Shown here piece after piece: positions 1 to 9,590 of a DNA stretch of 64,000 nucleotides (positions are counted from its first letter, which is position 1; every line of letters begins with the position of its first letter). The stretch lies in assembly GCA_021775755.1 (NCBI GenBank), contig JAJFHE010000013.1:48950-112949 (forward strand), in the 5' to 3' direction. The translations under genes and the position numbers were made by a program. The notes beneath the pieces were generated by a model, which saw only the letters and a program-made list of their open reading frames with translations, made no database searches and had not been told where the DNA came from. The stretch is from Hyphomicrobiales bacterium (GTDB lineage Bacteria; Pseudomonadota; Alphaproteobacteria; Rhizobiales; JAJFHB01).

Positions 1-2399
1 ACCGCATCTATCCACAGTTCGCCACCCATAACGCGCATTCGGTCGCGACGGTTCTGCATCTGGCACAGGGTCGGACGGATTTTGAGTTTCAACGCCTGCA
101 TGGCATGGGCGAGGCACTGCACGACACGGTCCTGCGGGAGCATAAAACGCGTTGCCGGATTTATGCACCGGTCGGGGCGCACCGCGATCTGCTCGCCTAT
201 CTGGTGCGCCGCCTGCTGGAAAACGGCGCCAACAGCTCATTCGTCAACCAGATCGTCGACGACACCATTTCGCCGGAAGACATTGCCGGCGATCCGTTCG
301 CCGAAGCCGAAGCGCTCGGCGGTGATGTCACCCATGGTGCGATCCGCACGCCGGCCGACCTCTACGGTGCCGGCCGCCGGAATGCGAAAGGCTGGGACAT
401 CACCGATCCCGTCGCGATGTCCGCCCTGGAGACCGCGCGTGCGGGCTACCGGTCGCACCAGTGGAGTGGTGGACCGCTCATCGCAGGAAAGGTGGATGGA
501 GCCGAGCGGATCGAAGTTCGCAATCCGGCGCTGCCGGGTGACCGGGTGGGCGATGTGCTTCAGGCATCCGGCAAGGATGTGGATGTTGCCCTGGCCGCTG
601 CCGAGAAAGGCTTTGCGTCCTGGTCCGGTGTGGCCGCGGCGGAGCGCGCCGCGATCGTCGGCCGGATAGGCGACCTTTATGAGGTTAACGCGCCGGAGCT
701 CTTCGCACTGGCGGCCCGCGAAGCCGGCAAGACGTTGCTCGATGGCGTTGGCGAGGTGCGCGAGGCGATCGACTTCACGCGGTATTACGCGGGCGAAGCG
801 GTGCGCACCCAGGCGGCAGGAACGGCGCGCGGAATTATCGTATGCATCTCGCCGTGGAATTTTCCGCTGGCAATTTTCACCGGCCAGATTTCAGCGGCTC
901 TTGCCGCCGGCAATGCGGTGATCGCCAAGCCTGCCGAACAGACCGCGCTTATGGCGGTGAGGGCGGTGGAACTCATGCATGAGGCAGGCGTTCCAACCAA
1001 CGCCCTGCAGCTCCTGCCGGGCGACGGGGCAACGGGTGGCGGCGCCCTGACATCGGATCCACGCATTGCGGGTGTCTGTTTCACCGGCTCAACGCAGACG
1101 GCCCAGCGCATCAACCGGGTAATGGCCGAGCATGTGTCGCCCGATGCGCCGCTGATCGCGGAGACCGGCGGTCTCAACGCCATGATTGTCGACTCCAGTG
1201 CGCTGCCCGAACAGGCCGTACGCGACATTCTCGCATCCGCTTTTCAAAGTGCCGGCCAGCGCTGCTCGGCGCTGCGCATGCTCTACATTCAGGAAGACGT
1301 GGAAGACCGCGTGCTTGAGATGCTAACCGGCGCCATGGACGAACTGCGCCTCGGTGACCCCTGGGAGCTCGCAACGGATGTTGGGCCGGTCATCGATCTG
1401 GAGGCGAAAACCCGGATCGATGTGCATTGCGGGAAACTTAAAAAGCAGGGCCGGCTGATTAAGGTGCTCGACGTGCCCAAGGATGGCCTATTCGTTGCGC
1501 CGAGCCTTTTCCGGCTTGATGGCATCGAAGATCTGGAAGAGGAGATTTTCGGTCCCATTCTGCATATCGCGACATTCGACGCGGATGAAATCGATCAGGT
1601 GGTCGATGCGGTGAACGCAAAGGGATTCGGGCTGACATTCGGTTTGCACACACGGGTCGATTCCAGGGTGCAGCGGATTATCGACCGTCTTGAGGTTGGC
1701 AATATCTACGTCAACCGCAACCAGATCGGCGCCATTGTCGGCTCTCAGCCCTTCGGCGGAGAGGGGCTGTCGGGGACGGGTCCGAAGGCCGGCGGGCCGC
1801 ACTATGTCCGCAGGTTCCTGAGCGCCGCTTCCAAGGTCGCGGCGGCTGCCGCCATGGTGCCCGATATCGATGCCGCGGCTGTGCAGGCGGCGATCGATGA
1901 CATGCGGGAGAAGTTGCGCAACGGCGGTGGTGGTTCCGGCGAGGGCGAGGCCCTCGATCTGCCCGGGCCGACGGGTGAATCCAACCGCCTGTCGCATGAG
2001 CCGCGTGGCATCGTGTTGTGTCTGGGACCGGGTGAGGATGCCGCGCGCGCCCAACTGTCACACGCGATCGAAACGGGCAATGCCGCGATTGTCGTTACGC
2101 CAGGCGCCTCGGCCATCGTCGCGGAACGGGCAAAGGGCAGTACGGCGGTAATCTCCCTCAATGGCACTCTCGATCCGCGTACGCTCGCCGCGGTTCACGG
2201 CTTCAATGCCGTGGCGAGCGATGCCGCGGCCGAGACGCAGCGCGCAATTCGTCAGGCTCTGGCGGAGCGTGACGGCGAGATTTTGCAGCCGATTGTCGAT
2301 GGCGATGGCCTGGAACGCTTCGTGATCGAACGTCACGTATGCATCGACACGACGGCTGCCGGCGGAAACGCATCGCTTTTGGCGCAGGCTTCGTCGTAA
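1..2399 (+). CDS. putA: Bifunctional proline dehydrogenase / delta-1-pyrroline-5-carboxylate dehydrogenase PutA (5'-truncated by window edge; C-terminal ~800 aa)
   Basis: Reading frame open from nt 3 (RIYPQFATHNAHSVATVLHLAQGRTDFEFQRLHGMGEAL = PRODH barrel end), followed by aldehyde dehydrogenase signatures (FTGSTQTAQRINR, ETGGLNAMIVDSSA, catalytic Cys in SAGQRCSALR); ORF track 105..2399 is the in-frame continuation. Confidence 0.9.
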   Translation, partial: RIYPQFATHNAHSVATVLHLAQGRTDFEFQRLHGMGEALHDTVLREHKTRCRIYAPVGAHRDLLAYLVRRLLENGANSSFVNQIVDDTISPEDIAGDPFAEAEALGGDVTHGAIRTPADLYGAGRRNAKGWDITDPVAMSALETARAGYRSHQWSGGPLIAGKVDGAERIEVRNPALPGDRVGDVLQASGKDVDVALAAAEKGFASWSGVAAAERAAIVGRIGDLYEVNAPELFALAAREAGKTLLDGVGEVREAIDFTRYYAGEAVRTQAAGTARGIIVCISPWNFPLAIFTGQISAALAAGNAVIAKPAEQTALMAVRAVELMHEAGVPTNALQLLPGDGATGGGALTSDPRIAGVCFTGSTQTAQRINRVMAEHVSPDAPLIAETGGLNAMIVDSSALPEQAVRDILASAFQSAGQRCSALRMLYIQEDVEDRVLEMLTGAMDELRLGDPWELATDVGPVIDLEAKTRIDVHCGKLKKQGRLIKVLDVPKDGLFVAPSLFRLDGIEDLEEEIFGPILHIATFDADEIDQVVDAVNAKGFGLTFGLHTRVDSRVQRIIDRLEVGNIYVNRNQIGAIVGSQPFGGEGLSGTGPKAGGPHYVRRFLSAASKVAAAAAMVPDIDAAAVQAAIDDMREKLRNGGGGSGEGEALDLPGPTGESNRLSHEPRGIVLCLGPGEDAARAQLSHAIETGNAAIVVTPGASAIVAERAKGSTAVISLNGTLDPRTLAAVHGFNAVASDAAAETQRAIRQALAERDGEILQPIVDGDGLERFVIERHVCIDTTAAGGNASLLAQASS

Positions 2400-2420
2400 G
2401 CTCCCTGCTCTTTTGCGGAG

Positions 2421-3200
2421 GTGTGCATGAGGCAGGATCACGATGGCGCCCGTGTCATTGTCACGGGCGGTGCCGGTGGCATTGGACTTGCGACGGCAAA
2501 TCGGTTCCTGATGGCAGGCGCGCGGGTATGCCTGTTCGATCTCGCCGGCGACGCGGTTACGGCGGCGTGCGAAAATCTCGGCTCCAGATTCGGCTCCGAT
2601 CGCGTGAGCGGTATTGCCGGTTCGGTCTGTGTGTCGAGCGACATTGAGCGCGCGCTTTCTACCGTCACGGCACAATGGGGCGGTGTCGATGCTCTGATCA
2701 ATGCCGCAGGCGTGGCTTACGCAAAGCGTACCGTCAATCTCGACGCGGATGATTGGGCCCGTGTTGTTGAGGTCAACCTAACGGGGTCGTTCCTGTTTGC
2801 CCGTGCGGCGGCGCGTTCGATGCTCGCGCAAGGATCAGGGGCGATCGTCAATCTGACATCGATCTACGGACGCCGTGGGGCGCCCGGCATTGCCGCCTAT
2901 AGCGCGTCCAAAGCGGGGGTGATCGGGCTTACCCGGGCCCTCGCCGTTGAGTGGGCGAGCGGCGGTGTGCGCGTCAATGCAGTGGCGCCGGCCTACACGC
3001 GTACGCCCATGATCGCGGAAATTCTGGAGGCCGGGCTGGTCGAGCAGGAAAAGATCACGCACAGGACACCCCAGGCGCGGCTGATCGAGCCGGAGGAAGT
3101 GGCGGCGGTGTGCACGTATCTGTGTTCGGATCGGGCATCGGCGGTTACCGGCGAAGTGATCGGTGTCGATGGCGGATGGAACGCCAACGGGTTTTATTGA
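2421..3200 (+). CDS. SDR family NAD(P)-dependent oxidoreductase
   Basis: N-terminal TGGAGGIGLA Rossmann motif, catalytic YSASKAG (YxxxK), C-term VTGEVIGVDGGWNANGFY; 259 aa. Confidence 0.8.
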   Translation: MCMRQDHDGARVIVTGGAGGIGLATANRFLMAGARVCLFDLAGDAVTAACENLGSRFGSDRVSGIAGSVCVSSDIERALSTVTAQWGGVDALINAAGVAYAKRTVNLDADDWARVVEVNLTGSFLFARAAARSMLAQGSGAIVNLTSIYGRRGAPGIAAYSASKAGVIGLTRALAVEWASGGVRVNAVAPAYTRTPMIAEILEAGLVEQEKITHRTPQARLIEPEEVAAVCTYLCSDRASAVTGEVIGVDGGWNANGFY

Positions 3201-3232
3201 TTTGTTGGGATCGCGAATAATGGAGAGAGCTC

Positions 3233-4006
3233 GTGAGTGAAGGCGGAACTGGCCGGCGCGTAATAATTACCGGCGGCGCGCGCGGTATCGGCCTTGCCGT
3301 AGCGGAGAACTTCGCCGCGGCCGGCGCGCGCATCTGCCTGTTCGATCTCGACGCGGCGGAGCTGGCGCGCGCAAAAGACGCCGTATCCGCGATCAACCCG
3401 GCCACGGAAGTCGTCGCGGTTGCGGGCTCGGTGGCATCGGGCGCGGACGTCGATGGCACGGTCGGCGATGTCGAGGCGATGTGGGATGGCGTGGACGCCC
3501 TGATCAACTCCGCCGGTCTCGGCGGCGCCTGGCCAAGTGTCGAGATGGAAGAAGAGCAGTGGCGCCGCATGATCGACGTCAATCTCACCGGCAGCTTTTT
3601 GTTCGCGCAACGCTGTGCGCGCCCGATGCTGGCGGCGGGGTCGGGCTCAATCGTCAATCTGGCCTCGATCTATGGACGCGCCGGGGCGCCGGGCCGGGCG
3701 GCCTATTGTGCATCGAAGGCAGCCATTGTCGGCCTGACGCAAAGCCTTGCCGTTGAGTGGGCGAGCGGCGGTGTGCGCGTCAATGCCGTGGCGCCTGCCT
3801 ATACCCGCACCAAGATGGTTGCCGATATGGTGGATGACGGCCGCGTCGATATCGAGAAGGTAACGGGGCGTACGCCGGCGGCGCGGATGATCGAGCCCGG
3901 TGAAGTCGCCGATGTTTGCGCGTTCCTGTGCAGCGATGCGGCCTCCGCTGTCACCGGCGAAGTGATCGGCGTTGACGGCGGCTGGAACGCCAACGGTTTC
4001 TACTGA
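3233..4006 (+). CDS. SDR family oxidoreductase (tandem paralog of preceding gene)
   Basis: TGGARGIGLA motif, YCASKAA, near-identical C-terminal ~100 aa to upstream SDR (VEWASGGVRVNAVAPAYTRT...GEVIGVDGGWNANGFY); 257 aa. Confidence 0.8.
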   Translation: MSEGGTGRRVIITGGARGIGLAVAENFAAAGARICLFDLDAAELARAKDAVSAINPATEVVAVAGSVASGADVDGTVGDVEAMWDGVDALINSAGLGGAWPSVEMEEEQWRRMIDVNLTGSFLFAQRCARPMLAAGSGSIVNLASIYGRAGAPGRAAYCASKAAIVGLTQSLAVEWASGGVRVNAVAPAYTRTKMVADMVDDGRVDIEKVTGRTPAARMIEPGEVADVCAFLCSDAASAVTGEVIGVDGGWNANGFY

Positions 4007-4062
4007 CCCGATTTGCCTCTCCCATCCGCAGCCGTGCTGCGCTACGTTTCTGTCTGTAAATT

Positions 4063-5901
4063 GTGTCATGGAGTTTCTGCATGAGCGCACACAGCGCCAG
4101 CGAATGGATCTGCAGGGTCGAAGCGGCCGAAACTCTCGGCGAGTTCGTCGCCGCCGCCGATCATGCCGAAACCGCGCTTGAAGAGCTTGACGGTGCCTTG
4201 ACCGACGCCGAGGCCGCACGCCTTCAGTATCTGCTGGTGCGTGCGCTCGCGCGCATGGGGGTGGCGGAACGGGCGTTTGAACTCTATGAGCAGTTCGATA
4301 TCGGGCGCCATGCGGATGAAGACTGCCGGGCGCTCATGGGGCGCATTTTGAAGGAACAGGCGCTCGAGGCGCCGGCGCGCGATCGGTCTGCGAAGATGCG
4401 CAAGGCGGCTTCAGCATACGAAGCGGCCTACGACGAATTCGGCACAAGCTACACCGCCGTCAACGCGGCAACGCTGTTCAGCCTCGCCGGCGATGAGGCC
4501 AAGGCGCTCGAACTTGCCGGGTATACCCGTGCAGCCTGTGCTTCGGAGACCGGCCCCGAAACCTATTGGCGGGCCGCGACGCTCGCCGAAGCAGCACTCG
4601 TGGAACGCAAATTCGATGAAGCGCGCGATGCGTTGAAACGGGCAGGCGGCCTTGTGGCGGATCGCGATTTCGTAAACCGCGCCTCGACCCGGCGCCAACT
4701 CGACATTTTATGCCGTCATGTTGGTTGCACTACCGATATTCTGGACGGCATATCGATGCCCGGCGTGCTGTTCTACGCTGGCCACATTATTGCACCGCCG
4801 GGCGCGGAGGGGCGGTTTCCAGCGGACCAGGAAGATGCGGTCCGTGAAGCCATTTCTGATTTCTTCGAGACCAACAATGTCGGTTTCGCGTTCGGTTCGC
4901 TGGCGGCGGGCGCCGATCTCCTGGTCGCCGAAGAATGCATGCGGCGCGATGTGGACCTCTATGCGTTCCTGCCGTTCAAGCGTGAGGATTTCATCGAAAC
5001 ATCCGTGGCGACGGCGGGTGGCGATTGGCTGGAGCGATTTGAAACCTGCTATGCATGGGCTGAGGAGCGCGCCGGGGAAGATCGCGGCAGCATCACTTAT
5101 GCAACCGACGGTGCGTATCTCGGTGACGACAGCCTGTTCTCCTATTGCGCGGAGTTTGCCATGGGCCTTGCAATCCTGCGCGCGCGCCATCTGGCAACGG
5201 CCCCGCATATGCTGGCCGTTTATGACGACGCGGGCGGGACCGGATTTGGAACCGACGGCAATATCGAGATGTGGAAGCGGTTCGGCTTTCCAGCGGATAT
5301 CGTTCCTGTCGCCGGAAACCGGAAAGTTTCCCGGCCGCCGGCTGCGCCCCAACCCGATAAGCTGGAGCGCCGCCCACTCGCCATGCTGTTCGGTGATGTG
5401 AAGGGGTTCAGCGCGCTGAAGGAAGAGCTTCTGCCGCTGTTCCACGAAAGCCTGATGTCCGAACTGTCGGATGTTCTGGAAAGCTACGGGGCAAAACTGC
5501 TCTACCGGAACAGCTGGGGCGATGCGATATACGCCGTGTTCGAAGATGCGATTACCGCGATGCGCTGCGGACTGCAGTTGCAAAACAAAATCCGCAGCAT
5601 GGATTTTGAAGAACTCGGCTTCGATGGCGATCTCGGCCTGCGCCTCAGTGGCCATTACGGCCCGGTGTTTAAAGGCACCGACTACATTCGCCGCGAGCCG
5701 ACCTATTTCGGTTCACATGTCACCCGCACCGCACGTATTGAACCCATAACGCCAACGGGCGAGCTCTTCGTGACCGAACAGATGGCGGCCGCCCTTGCCA
5801 TGGAGAATGACGAGGCCATCGACTGCGACTACATGGGCAACATCGAACTTGCCAAAGGCTATGGCAGCATGCGGCTGTATCTCTTGAAGCACCGGGTCTG
5901 A
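4063..5901 (+). CDS. Multidomain signalling protein: N-terminal TPR-like helical region, central LOG/SLOG-like Rossmann domain, C-terminal class III adenylate/guanylate cyclase domain
   Basis: C-terminus has cyclase homology domain motifs (AMLFGDVKGFSAL ... RNSWGDAIYAVFED ... GLRLSGHYGPV ... GSHVTRTARIE); central region shows LOG-like glycine motifs (VLFYAGH, GFAFGSLAAGADLLVAEECM, DDAGGTGFGTDGNIE); N-terminus alpha-helical repeat-like. Confidence 0.7.
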   Translation: MSWSFCMSAHSASEWICRVEAAETLGEFVAAADHAETALEELDGALTDAEAARLQYLLVRALARMGVAERAFELYEQFDIGRHADEDCRALMGRILKEQALEAPARDRSAKMRKAASAYEAAYDEFGTSYTAVNAATLFSLAGDEAKALELAGYTRAACASETGPETYWRAATLAEAALVERKFDEARDALKRAGGLVADRDFVNRASTRRQLDILCRHVGCTTDILDGISMPGVLFYAGHIIAPPGAEGRFPADQEDAVREAISDFFETNNVGFAFGSLAAGADLLVAEECMRRDVDLYAFLPFKREDFIETSVATAGGDWLERFETCYAWAEERAGEDRGSITYATDGAYLGDDSLFSYCAEFAMGLAILRARHLATAPHMLAVYDDAGGTGFGTDGNIEMWKRFGFPADIVPVAGNRKVSRPPAAPQPDKLERRPLAMLFGDVKGFSALKEELLPLFHESLMSELSDVLESYGAKLLYRNSWGDAIYAVFEDAITAMRCGLQLQNKIRSMDFEELGFDGDLGLRLSGHYGPVFKGTDYIRREPTYFGSHVTRTARIEPITPTGELFVTEQMAAALAMENDEAIDCDYMGNIELAKGYGSMRLYLLKHRV

Positions 5902-5903
5902 TC

Positions 5904-6455
5904 ATGAGCCGCGCGTTCGTCAAGGAAGCCGATGGAGAAGATTTCGTTGAGGATCTGGTCGAGCGGCCGATCAGCCCGCACCCGAATTTCGTCACGGCCC
6001 GCGGGTTGGCGCTGATCGATGCTGAAATCGCGCGGTTGCAGTCCGAGTTCGTTGAGCAGAAAAGCGCCGGCGAGCGGGGCGCGGTGGCGCGCCTGTCGCG
6101 GGACCTGCGCTACTGGACGGCGCGGCGCACGAGTGCGCAACTGGTTGCGCCGACCGGTGGTCACGAAAGCGGCGGTCATGAACAGCATGGCCGCGGGAAG
6201 GGCGACCATGAAATCGCCGGATTTGGCGTGCTCGTTACCTTCGAGCACGAAGACGGGCGACGCCAGTCGTTGCGCATCGTCGGTGAAGACGAGGCGGATC
6301 CCGTCGAGGGTCGAATTTCATGGCGTGCGCCGATTGCCCAGGCTCTTGCAGGCTCGGGCATTGGTGATTATGTCGAGGTGCCGGCAGGCGAGGTGGAGAT
6401 TGTTGCTCTTGATGCCACGCCGGAACCTGAAACAACCAGTCTGCCGGGCGGATAA
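5904..6455 (+). CDS. GreA/GreB-family protein (Rnk-like regulator of nucleoside diphosphate kinase) with Gly/His-rich insert
   Basis: MSRAFVKEADGEDF... N-terminal GreA-like start, C-terminal FKBP-like GreA domain (VTFEHEDGRRQSLRIVGEDEAD...ISWRAPIAQALAG...GDYVEV); start 3 nt after stop of upstream cyclase gene. Confidence 0.65.
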   Translation: MSRAFVKEADGEDFVEDLVERPISPHPNFVTARGLALIDAEIARLQSEFVEQKSAGERGAVARLSRDLRYWTARRTSAQLVAPTGGHESGGHEQHGRGKGDHEIAGFGVLVTFEHEDGRRQSLRIVGEDEADPVEGRISWRAPIAQALAGSGIGDYVEVPAGEVEIVALDATPEPETTSLPGG

Positions 6456-6483
6456 GGCCCAGATGAGAATTTGGAGTGCCGAT

Positions 6484-6924
6484 ATGAATGAACCCACCGG
6501 TTCGCATCTGCTCCGCGGGTTTGCCGTCGTGTTCGCGCTGCTTTTCGCCATCGTCACCGGGCCGCTCACAGCGCAGGGGAGCTCGGCCCAGACTGAGGCC
6601 ATAGGCGAGTTTGTCAGCCACGAAAACGTCGATGAATATGCCGATCGGATGCAGCTCAGCGACGAGCAGATCGTGCGGTTCCGTCCGGTGATGGTCGATG
6701 CCTACCATGCCTGGAGCGCCGTGCTCGAAAAGCACGGTGTCGATCTGAACAGTGACCGGACGCCCGGCATCTTCACGCTGTTGCTGCTCAAGTTCGATGT
6801 CGACAGCATCAACGACAAGGTGATCGACGACCTTGCGCCAATTATGACGCCGGTGCAGCTCAAGGTCCTGCGCGACATCATCGATGAGAACATGACCAAG
6901 TGGCGGAACCGGCTGTTGAACTGA
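6484..6924 (+). CDS. Secreted hypothetical protein (signal peptide, ~147 aa)
   Basis: ATG at 6484 in frame with long ORF 6019..6924; hydrophobic signal sequence LLRGFAVVFALLFAIVTGPLTAQG; start uncertain. Confidence 0.45.
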   Translation: MNEPTGSHLLRGFAVVFALLFAIVTGPLTAQGSSAQTEAIGEFVSHENVDEYADRMQLSDEQIVRFRPVMVDAYHAWSAVLEKHGVDLNSDRTPGIFTLLLLKFDVDSINDKVIDDLAPIMTPVQLKVLRDIIDENMTKWRNRLLN

Positions 6925-6935
6925 GCAGCGTACTC

Positions 6936-7295
6936 TCAGTCGAGAAACTTCTGGAATTCGATGACATAGCCGTTCGGATCTTCGGCGAAGAAGCCGTAGA
7001 TCCCGAATTCCTCTAGCCGCTCCGGGGCGCCGCGCAGGGTCGCTTTGTGCCTGGCCAGTCGGTCGTACCACGCGTCGACGTCGGCCGTGACGAGGCTGAT
7101 CATGCTGCCATCCGGTTGCACAATGCGGCCGGGCAAGGCCTTGCAAACGCCAATCGCGCTTGCCGGCGTGACGTGAAAAATCCGTGCGCCGCCCTCGTCG
7201 CGGATGATTTCAAACCCAAGAATTGTGTCATAAAACCGGCAGGTGTCCTCCAGGTCAGTCGTATAGACCCACGTGATGTGCTGGTCGATCCGCAT
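6936..7295 (-). CDS. VOC family protein (glyoxalase/bleomycin resistance fold)
   Basis: 119 aa; VYTTDLEDTCRFYDTILGFEI...GYVIEFQ typical of VOC/glyoxalase-I-like proteins. Confidence 0.7.
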   Translation of the reverse strand: MRIDQHITWVYTTDLEDTCRFYDTILGFEIIRDEGGARIFHVTPASAIGVCKALPGRIVQPDGSMISLVTADVDAWYDRLARHKATLRGAPERLEEFGIYGFFAEDPNGYVIEFQKFLD

Positions 7296-7584
7296 TGCCT
7301 CGCCCTTTTTTTCTCTGAACGCGGACTTCTGGTCCGCCGGCTCCCTCAGGGGGTGGAAATTCTCGTTGGTCTGCGAACCAAGTTTTGCCTTGTTACTGCG
7401 GCCGAATCGCTATCCAAATCAGCGAATTCAGAGTACTAATGCGCCACCGCAAACCGCAGTTGGCTCCATCGATTCGCCTGTGCCGGTGCTTGCAGCAGAT
7501 TCGGAGTATACGTGCCACACTCTATAGATCTTATCGTCCTTCGGATGTCATCATATCGACATGATCCGGTGACGGAATACATAC

Positions 7585-8313
7585 ATGCGAGTTGACCGTA
7601 TACGAGAGATCGTACAGGAGCGCCGAAAGGCGCAGGTGCAACCCGTCATGCGTGCGTTCGATGCCGCGGCGCAGACCTACGATCAAACGCGCCGGGCCTT
7701 GATCCCCGATTACGACGCTTTCTATGGCGCGGCGCTTGGATGCCTGCCGCCGGACCGCCGGCAGCCTCTTCGCATCCTCGACATTGGGTCGGGGACCGGC
7801 GAATTTGCAAAAAAGATCGGCGATGCTTATCCGCACGCGCGCATTATCGTGTCCGACGCCAGCGCCAAAATGCTGCAGGAGGCGGAACGAAAGCTCGGCC
7901 GCGACGTGCGCTATGAATTTGCCCGCATCGATGCCTTGCTTGATCCTTTGCCCGAAGACATCGATGTCGTCGTCTCTTCGCTGGCCATTCACCATTTCGA
8001 TCACGCCGACAAGCGCGCTGTTTTCGGCCGCATTTGCAACGCACTGGCGCCCGGCGGAATCTTTGTCAACGCAGATCAGGCCTCGACGGGGTCGGATGCA
8101 CAGGACAAAGTGCGGTTCGAAGAGTGGTTGCGCGATGTGCAGGCGGGCGGCATCAACAAGATCGAACTCAAAGCGGCGCTGAAGCGCATGAAGGAATTCG
8201 ATCAGAACGCCCCGGTCACGGCGCAGGTGCGCTGGATGGAAGATGCCGGCTTCCGGCAGGCGGGTGTCGTCTACTTCAACTATTTCTGGGCCGTGTTCGC
8301 GGCCGCGAAATAG
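7585..8313 (+). CDS. Class I SAM-dependent methyltransferase
   Basis: Motif I ILDIGSGTGEF, motif post-I IIVSDAS, LAPGGIFV; 242 aa. Confidence 0.75.
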   Translation: MRVDRIREIVQERRKAQVQPVMRAFDAAAQTYDQTRRALIPDYDAFYGAALGCLPPDRRQPLRILDIGSGTGEFAKKIGDAYPHARIIVSDASAKMLQEAERKLGRDVRYEFARIDALLDPLPEDIDVVVSSLAIHHFDHADKRAVFGRICNALAPGGIFVNADQASTGSDAQDKVRFEEWLRDVQAGGINKIELKAALKRMKEFDQNAPVTAQVRWMEDAGFRQAGVVYFNYFWAVFAAAK

Positions 8314-8324
8314 AACTCCCCCCC

Positions 8325-9197
8325 GTGACCCCTGAACGCATTAGGCCCGACCCGCTGCCCGCCATCAGGCCGGTGTGGGAGTATCAGGCCGATGATGAGC
8401 TTCGCACGACCTATGAGGCCTATAAGCAGGCGTTTCAGGTGCCCTGGGTCGGTGTCGTTTCAATGGCGTATGCTCATTATCCAACCTTCTTTCAGCGTTG
8501 GTGGTCGGCCCTTCAACCGGTGGTGCCGACACGTGCCTATGTAGAGGCCGCGTTTGCCGTGCGCGGCGCGGTGGAAGACGCCGTCTCGGCGCTGAACCCG
8601 CCGCCGATCAGGCCGCGGCTTGAGGAACTCGGTTACTCGCCGCGCGAGATTGCAGAGATCGCCCACACCATTGAAGTGTTCTCGCACGGCAATTTCATTC
8701 AGGGCCCGGCGGTCTTTGCTGCGCGGCTGTTGCTGGAAGGCGGTGGCATGGGTGAAGATTTGCCGCTTGGTCCCTTGGCGGCGAGCCACGCGCCGCAACA
8801 TGACACGCCGTTCGTTCTCATAGAGCCGCACCATGCGAGCGCGGACGTGCAGGCGTTTTACGAGGAGATCAAGGCGGATCTCGGTCTGCCGTTCATCAAC
8901 ACCGATTACCGGGCGCTGGCACGCTGGCCTAGCTATTTCATGCGTGCCTGGGGTGATTTGCGCGGTGTGCTTGCAACGCAGGCCCATGCCGAACTTGCCC
9001 GGGATATGCACAACCGTCTCTTTGAAGCCGCGGCCGGGCTGCCCAATCCCGAAAATCTCTCCGCCGGCGACCTTCAGGCCGCGGCCCGGGCGGACGCGCC
9101 GTCCGACGACGTTCTCGCCATGACGCGGCTGTTCACCTACCTTATTCCGGGACTTGTGGTGAATGTCGCCTTCTTCCGGGCTCAGCTCCAACAGTAA
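8325..9197 (+). CDS. DehI-like halocarboxylic acid dehalogenase family protein
   Basis: Sequence resembles DehI family (…YKQAFQVPWVGVVSMAYAHYPTFFQRWW…AFYEEIKADLGLPFINTDYRALARWPSYF); GTG start at 8325 chosen because long ORF 8034.. overlaps upstream gene; start uncertain. Confidence 0.5.
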   Translation: MTPERIRPDPLPAIRPVWEYQADDELRTTYEAYKQAFQVPWVGVVSMAYAHYPTFFQRWWSALQPVVPTRAYVEAAFAVRGAVEDAVSALNPPPIRPRLEELGYSPREIAEIAHTIEVFSHGNFIQGPAVFAARLLLEGGGMGEDLPLGPLAASHAPQHDTPFVLIEPHHASADVQAFYEEIKADLGLPFINTDYRALARWPSYFMRAWGDLRGVLATQAHAELARDMHNRLFEAAAGLPNPENLSAGDLQAAARADAPSDDVLAMTRLFTYLIPGLVVNVAFFRAQLQQ

Positions 9198-9590
9198 AGA
9201 GACGACATAATACCGAGGGCGGCAATTATTGACCCGTTTCACCGGGATGATTTTACCCTCCGGCAAGGCGCGTACTGCGCCGCGGTACAGGTACCGTAAA
9301 CAGTACGCAACGCTGCTGGAGGGCAAAAGCACCCGGCCTGCGGTGGGCCATTCCGGCCCGTCGACCACGTTGCGGGCCTTGTCCGATACACTGCATCGCA
9401 CTGCGGCCCGCGCCTCGTCGAGCGAGCCGGAATGGCTCATGAAATGGGTCAATAATTGCCACCCTTGGTATAATCCGGCGGACACGAGTGCGCCGGCGCG
9501 TGTCTTGTGTTTCTTTGTGCTGGCGGATGCTCTATAAGGCGCGCCGATCTTTCCTGTAACGACTTTTCGATTCTCCGGACCGCACCAAAC

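Noticed and set aside
4708-5655. 315-aa minus-strand ORF inside the TPR-LOG-cyclase gene
   Set aside because: Antisense to a gene with clear cyclase motifs; no recognisable domain; high-GC frame artefact.
9198-9590. sigma70-like TTGCCA...TATAAT promoter upstream of ettA
   Set aside because: Hexamers are only 7 nt apart, far from the 16-18 nt spacing required; likely chance occurrence.
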